From assembly GCF_009914755.1 (NCBI RefSeq), contig NC_060936.1: a DNA stretch of 64,000 nucleotides, one strand, 5' to 3'. This document shows positions 57,593-64,000 of the stretch, piece by piece. Source of the DNA: the human T2T-CHM13v2.0 reference genome, Homo sapiens. Position 1 is the stretch's first letter. The number at the start of each line of letters is the position of its first letter. A program made the translations under genes and the position numbers. Under the pieces are notes generated by a model that was not told where the DNA came from, ran no database searches, and saw only the letters and a list, made by a program, of their open reading frames with translations.

Positions 57593-58242
57593 ATTGCCTT
57601 TATAAACTAGGTAATCCCTGTTACTTACACTACTATCAGCCACAAAAGAAAAAGGAAAAAGAGAAGGAACATCTCTATCAAATAACAGAAAAGAACGGTT
57701 CCCAACTTCTTTCATGAGGCCAGCATAAACTTAATAGCAAAACCTAACAGAGTCATTAAAGTAAAATGATAGTACAAACCAATCTTATGCATAACTGTCA
57801 AAGCAAAATTCCACTCCCACAAAAACAGCAAACTGCATTCAGCAATACATTAAAAACATATACTCAAAACACTGCAAGATTAGTTAACATTTAAAAATGT
57901 GTAATAATTCAATTCATTGAAAATAAAAAATTATCAACAGGTCAATAGATGGAATAAAAACATATGAAAAATTTCAGCATGGATTTATGATTTTAAAACT
58001 CAGCAAACTATAAATAGAAGGAAATTTCTTACTCTGATAGTGATTATGTTAGTTGATGGAGAAATGTTGAAAGCTTTTCCTTTGAAATTGGAACAAAAGG
58101 ACAATAATTATTTAACATTGTTTTGGAGATCTTGGCAAATGCAAAGGGCAAGTAAGTGAAACAAAAGGGATAGTCACCAGAAATAAAGAAATAAAATGTT
58201 AATTATTCGTGGAGAACTTGATTATGTTGTAGAAAATCCAAA

Positions 58243-58635
58243 ATAGTTTACTGAGAATGATGATTTCCAATTTCATCCATGTCCCTACAAAGGACATGAA
58301 CTCATCATTTTTATGGCTGCATAGTATTCCATGGTGTATATGTGCCACATTTTCTTAATACAGTCTATCATTGTTGGACATTTGGGTTGGTTCCAAGTCT
58401 TTGCTATTGTGAATAGTGCTGCAATAAACATACGTGTGCATGTGTCTTTATAGCAGCATGATTTACAGTCCTTTGGGTATATACCCAGTAATGGGATGGC
58501 TGGGTCAAATATTTCTAGTTCTAGATCCCTGAGGAATCACCACACTGACTTCCACAATGGTTGAACTAGTTTACAGTCCCACCAACATTGTGCACATGTA
58601 CCCTAAAACTTAAAGTATAATAATAATAAAAAAAA
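58243..58635. mobile_element. Twin-primed (5'-inverted) young L1 (L1PA2/3-like)
   Basis: 58243-58587 is reverse-complement L1; 58585-58635 is the sense terminus plus poly(A); perfect TSD agaaaatccaaaata at 58231-58245 and 58636-58650. Confidence 0.93.
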
Positions 58636-59300
58636 AGAAAATCCAAAATAATCTAAAGAAAAACTATCAGAATTACTAAAAAAATTTGGCAAGGTCACCA
58701 GATACATCAATATGTAAAAAAAATCCATTGTATTTTTTAGTCTAGCAACAAACAAATGGAAAAAAATTAATAAGATTTTCAATAGTATAAAAAAGAAATA
58801 AATCTTTAGAAAAGTGCAACATCTGTGAAAGAAACCAAAACATAGTACTGACAGAAATGAAAGAAGTCCTAATAACATAGAGGGATACAGAAGACTTAAT
58901 GTTGTTATAATGTCAGTCCCTGAAATTGATTCATAGATCCCATTCAATCCCAATAAAATTCTTAACCAGTTTTCTTTTCTAAGGTAGATAAGCAATTTTC
59001 ATGACTTTTATATGGAATATAAAGGGCCGAGACACCCAAAACAAGCTTGTAAAGAAGAACCAAGTTAGAGAACATGAACTATGTAGTAAGTCTTATTATA
59101 AAGCTACTCTAATTAAGAGTTGCAATATTAGAGCAAAAATAGACAAATCAACAGATGAAACAGAATGAAGAATACAGAAATAAACCTACACATTTATTAT
59201 TATTCGTTTAACAAATGTAGCACATATACACATATACAGATAGATACATAAATAAACATATATATCCATATATAGATACAGCTAGATATTTCTATGTGTC

Positions 59301-59304
59301 TATA

Positions 59305-59341
<37 letters not shown>

Positions 59342-59342
59342 G
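59301..59342. repeat. (TG)n(TA)n compound microsatellite
   Basis: Direct reading; lies within a broader TA-rich low-complexity tract 59220-59385. Confidence 0.9.
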
Positions 59343-59379
59343 TACATAGAGAGAGAATGCTATAAATATGTAGATATAG

Positions 59380-59431
59380 ATATATCTGTCTCCTATTGGT
59401 TCCATTTCACTAGAGAACACAGACTAATACA
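59380..59431 (+). mobile_element. MLT2 LTR 3' terminus
   Basis: tcctattggttccatttcactagagaacacagactaataca matches the MLT2 end, preceded by the typical TA-rich tract. Confidence 0.7.
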
Positions 59432-59821
59432 TTTATGATCCCATTTATATTAAATTTAATATTATAAAAATTCTTCCTACAGGGTTATAAGTCAGTTAAT
59501 TAAATGAGACGAGCCCAGCATATGTTCAGGTCATGTTTTTCTCACCTAGAATTAATTTTTGCATTGCTCTCTTTGTGATAATTAATCAAGATGTATACTT
59601 ATGATTCATGACTTAACCATATGCAGGTTTACTTCAACAAGAAATATTTTCAAATATATAACTCTTGGAAATAAATAATCAAAACTGATTTTATTTATGT
59701 ATTATGCTGTCTGGTGTATACAAAATCTAAAAAATCTATAGATAATATATACAAATAGTTTGTGGAGTTTGTTGGTTACAAGATCAATATATAAGAATTT
59801 TTTTTTCTAAAAATAAATATT

Positions 59822-60116
59822 TGCCTGGGCATGGTGGCTCAGGCCTGTAACCCCAGCACTTTGTGAGGCCAAGGAGGGTAGATCACTTCAGGTCAGGAAT
59901 TTGAGACCAGTCTGGCCAACATGGTGAAACCCCATGTCTACAAAAAATACAAAAAACTAGCCAGGTATGGTGGGGTGCACCCGTAATTCCAGGTCCTAGG
60001 GAGGCTGAGGTGGGAGAATTGCTTGAACCTGGGAGGCAAAGGTTTCAGTGAGCCTAGATTGTGCCACTGCACTCCAACCTGGGCAACAGGGTGAACCCTG
60101 TTTCAAAAAAAAAAAA
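59822..60116 (+). mobile_element. Alu (old S or J subfamily)
   Basis: Full dimer with A-rich linker and poly(A), heavily CpG-decayed. Confidence 0.93.
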
Positions 60117-61070
60117 TCAGTCATAATAACACAAAAATATCAAATATATCTAGGAAAATGCAACAAAGATGATCATGACTTCTTCACAGAAAAATATAGC
60201 ATTATTGAAATAAACTAAAGAAGACCAAAATAAATAGAGGGATAAATTATACTTATACATTGGAAAACTCAGTATTTTTAAGATTTCGATTTTTCTCAAA
60301 CCAATCTATAAAAGCAATGTTATTCAAATAAAAATGCCAATGAGTTTGTGTGTGTATGTGAATGTGTGTATATGTGTGATTTGAAAAGCCAGTTCTAACA
60401 TATATGTGGACGTGAAAAAGGGCAAGAATGGTCGTGCCACTCTTAAAGTGGAACAAGGTGTGAAAATTTACTCTGTTAGATCAAAAGTTTGTATTAAAGC
60501 CTCATAATAAAGACAATGTGATACTCTTGCAAGGATAGACCGACATGCTGACAAAACCAATGGAATAGAGAGTCCAGAAAACTAAATATTCTTCTATAGA
60601 TATTTGGTTTATAACGAGATGACACTGAGAAGTAGAAAAACAACTATCTTTTCTTTAAGGGGTAATTGTCAAATATGTATCCACTTGATCCCTAACAAAT
60701 ACCATACTACCAGTCCTAGATGGTTTGAAGATTTAAAAGTGAAAGTAAATTAATAAAGTTTCTCAAAGGTACTATAGGAGAAAATTCATCAGTTTAGAGT
60801 AAGAAAAGATACTTCCAAGAGAACACAAAACGTGTAGTAATTATTTTTTAAAAGAATTGATAAAATTGACTACATAAAATTAAGAATTAATTTTCATCAA
60901 GAGACAGAAAATAGAAAGGCAAGCCATGGGGTGGGAGAATGGATTTGAAAAATATGTAATCAATAAAAGAGTTCTTTTTATAATATACAAAGAATTTCTA
61001 GAAATCAGTAAGAAAACACAATTGAATGGACAAAAGTGCAAATGAACTTCAGCAGTCCCCTCAAAAAAGA

Positions 61071-61390
61071 AGTTCGTGTCCTTTGTAGGGACATGGATGA
61101 AATTGGAAATCATCATTCTCAGTAAACTATCGCAAGAACAAAAAACCAAACACCGCATATTCTCACTCATAGGTGGGAATTGAACAATGAGATCACATGG
61201 ACACAGGAAGGGGAACATCACACTCTGGGGACTGTTGTGGAGTGGGGGGAGGGGGGAGGGATAGCATTGGGAGATATACCTAATGCTAGATGACAAGTTA
61301 GTGGGTGCAGCACACCAGCATGGCACATGTATACGTATGTAACTAACCTGCACAATGTGCACATGTACCCTAAAACTTAAAGTATAATAA
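61071..61390 (+). mobile_element. 5'-truncated L1PA2-like 3' end
   Basis: gagatcacatgg, gcattgggag, gcacaatgtg diagnostics; lacks the Ta ACA; TSD aaaaaagaag at 61063-61072 and 61391-61400. Confidence 0.9.
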
Positions 61391-62374
61391 AAAAAAGAAG
61401 ATATCTAAATGGCAAAAAGGAAAAAAGAAAGAAAGAAAGAAACTCACCTAACATACAAACCAAATAGATATGAAAAGGTACTCAACCTCATCAGTAAACC
61501 AAAAAGTTCCCATTAAAACCTCAATTAGACTTGAGGAGTCTGGGAAGATGGTGAAGTAGGAAGCATGATAATTCAGCCTCCCCACCTAGACAACAATTAC
61601 ACTGGCAGAATCTGTCTGATATAATTATTTTGGAATTATAGAGTCTATTGAAGGCTTGCAACATCCAAGGGAAGGCTTGCTTGGTAAACTGCAATTAATT
61701 TTGCTTAATTTCCGAAGACATAAATAGGTTTAAAATGAAAGTATGGAAAAAAAAATTCTGTGCAAATAGTAACCAGAAGAGAGCAAGTGTGGCTAGACTA
61801 ACATCAGACAAAACAGACTTTAAATAAAATAGCTTATAAGAGATAAAAAGGACATTATAAATTAATAAGAGATTTAAGACAGCAAGAAGACAATTATAAA
61901 CATTAACACACTAATAACAGACTGTAAAATATATAAAGCAAAAATTGACGGAACTGAAAGAAGGAAATAGTTCTACAGTAATATTTGGAAACTTCAGTGC
62001 CTCACTCTCAATAATGGATAAAACGACCAGACAAAAAACAAGTAAGAAAATAGAGGACTTGTATAACACAATAAACCAACTAGATCTCACAGATATATAT
62101 AGAATATACTAATTAAGAACAACAGAATACACATTCTTCTCAATTGCACAGGGTAATTTTCCAGGATACAGCATATATTAGGTCACAAATTACATCTCAA
62201 TAGATTTAGAAAGATAGATATCATACAAAGTATGTTCTACAAATACAAGATAGTTAGAAATAAATAACACAAAGAAACTGGAAGATTAACAAATTCACAA
62301 AAATTGAAAAATGCACTCTTAAAATTAAATAACCAGTGTATCAAAGAAGAAATCAGAAAAGAAATTAAAAAGTA

Positions 62375-62580
62375 TGGTTAACAGTAGAATATTGTATCTT
62401 ACAAAATAGCTAGAAGAGAGGTTTTTGAATGCTGCTGCCACAAAGAAGTAACACATGCATGAGGTGATGGGTACATTACCCTGAATGGATCATTATACAA
62501 CATATATATGTATTGAAACATAAAATTGTACCCCAGTAGTAAATATAATTGCAAAGTGTCAACTGTTTAAAATTAATTTA
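62375..62580 (+). mobile_element. L1MA 3'UTR fragment nested in the older L1
   Basis: aaaatagctagaagagagg...gaggtgatgg...gatcattatacaacatatata...aaattgtacccc. Confidence 0.75.
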
Positions 62581-62696
62581 AAAAGAGATGCGTCTAATTT
62601 CATAAAATGACAAAAACTACCAAAATTTATGAGATATAGCAAAAGCAGTCCTAAAAAGCACATTTATAGCTATAAACATTTACATTAAAAAATAAA

Positions 62697-62940
62697 GAGG
62701 CAGGTGGATCACTTCAGCTCAGGAGTTTGAGACCAACATGGACAACATGGCAAAACTCTGTCTCTACCAAAAATACAAAAAAATTCGCCAGGCCTGGTGG
62801 TGTAATCATGCCTGTAGTCCCAGCTATTTCGGAGGCTGAGATAAAAAGGATTGCTTGAGCCTGGGAGGTGGAGGTTGCAGTGCGCTGAGATCACTCCACT
62901 ACACTCCAGCCTGGGTGACAAAACAGAAAACAAAAAAAAT
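62697..62940 (+). mobile_element. 5'-truncated AluJ-like element
   Basis: gaggcaggtggatcacttcagctcaggagtttgagacc...ggattgcttgagcctgggagg...A-rich tail. Confidence 0.88.
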
Positions 62941-63329
62941 AAGAAAGATCTCAAATGAACAAACTAAGTTGACAACTTAAGGTACTATAAAAAAAGGAGA
63001 AACTAAACCCAAAGCTAGCAGAAGGAGGGAAATAATAAAGATTATAGCAGAAATAAATAAAATGGAGAATAGAAAAACATTGGATAAAATGAATGAAGCC
63101 AAAAGTCAGCTCTTCAAAAGAGTTAACAAAAATTGGCTAAGCTTTAACTAGATTAACTAAGGAAAAAAATACGAATCTCAGAAATATAAGAGATTATAAG
63201 AGAGTACTATTAACAGTTATATGCCAACAAATTGGATAACCTAGATAAAATAAACAACTTCCTAGAAACACCCAGTCAACGTAATACACCATATCAGCAG
63301 AATGAAGGAAAATAAACCACATGATCATC

Positions 63330-63940
63330 TGATATATGATAATGTTTTGTGATCCCAAATTTCTCAAAATGGAGTCACTTATGATAAGTGACTCAGCCTA
63401 AAGTGAAATTACTGACCCCTCAAAGTGATGTGCACATGTATGGTAGACTGAGGTTCTAAGATAACATCTGCTGTGGACAGACACCCCCAAGGCTTGACAA
63501 GAAAGCAAGGCAACTGAGATCATGGCTATGGACATTCCTGCAGAGGGTCATAAAAGCTTCACATAAATTGACCACGGCCTAGATGCCTGCAGAAGCTCTT
63601 GGTGGGGGGAGAACTGTGAAGCCTCTTTTCTATGGGCAGTGGCTGCTGGAAGTTCTGCTGAGCACTTGCCTCCCTACATCTCCAAGCTACTCCCTGTGAT
63701 TGGTTCTCCCTCTCTCTTATTACTGCCTATGTGTGTTAAATAATGTATGTACACCTATATATTTGTATGTATGTTGTATACCAATAATGCCTATGTATAA
63801 TTTGCATGTTTGTTGGCTTCTGACAGCCTCAGAATAAACCATGAATTCAAAAGCATTTAATTGGCCATGGAGTCATTATAAAACCTCTGGCCCTGTGGTC
63901 AGAATTAGCACAGCTAGGCTGATTTGAACCTGACAAACTA
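63330..63940 (+). mobile_element. Solo LTR, probably ERVL class (MER76-like, tentative)
   Basis: Interrupts L1 ORF2 exactly (cacatgatcatc...tcatttgatgc); 5-bp TSD tcatc at 63325-63329 and 63941-63945; starts TG, has caaaatggagtcactt and AATAAA at ~63833. Confidence 0.75.
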
Positions 63941-64000
63941 TCATCTCATTTGATGCAAAAAAGAAAGAAAGCTGACAAAATTTAACACGCTCTCCTGATA

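Larger units (their letters stand above)
61532..64000 (+). mobile_element. Old L1M: 5'UTR start fused to ORF2 endonuclease region, with nested insertions
   Basis: gggaagatggtgaagtaggaagc...tattgaaggcttgcaac 5'UTR to ~61711, then ORF2 (catcagacaaaacagactttaa, aaaccaactagatctcacagatatatatagaa). Confidence 0.75.

Overview
AT-rich, repeat-dense primate genomic DNA. AluY and an L1PA2-like 3' end point to a great ape, most likely human. It is intergenic or deep intronic: no intact protein-coding gene, RNA gene, CpG island or CRISPR array is supported. The long ORFs in the track are disrupted LINE-1 ORF1/ORF2 pieces, Alu read-throughs or chance ORFs. Content: a 5'-truncated L1PA4/5 (7.5-11.1 kb), an internally deleted L1PA7/8 (17.7-21.0 kb), many older L1M fragments, five Alus plus one gutted Alu, solo LTRs, a decayed ERVL provirus with RT and dUTPase remnants (34.6-38.8 kb), DNA-transposon MITEs (MER94, MER58, MER2, MER5A, half MADE1), L2/MIR relics and microsatellites. 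The best unexplained structures are rearrangement scars read directly from the sequence: (1) an L1 in which ~3.4 kb of ORF2 is replaced by a ~220-bp inverted copy of a neighbouring older L1; (2) an Alu whose body is replaced by a 57-bp copy of sequence 428 bp upstream; (3) a tiny L1 carrying a 3' transduction inside a perfect 16-bp TSD; (4) two twin-primed (5'-inverted) L1s, one apparently ancient; (5) a minus-strand acceptor/donor overlap resembling a recursive splice site. I found no convincing new gene system. Repeat subfamily names come from remembered consensus sequences and need RepeatMasker/Dfam confirmation.
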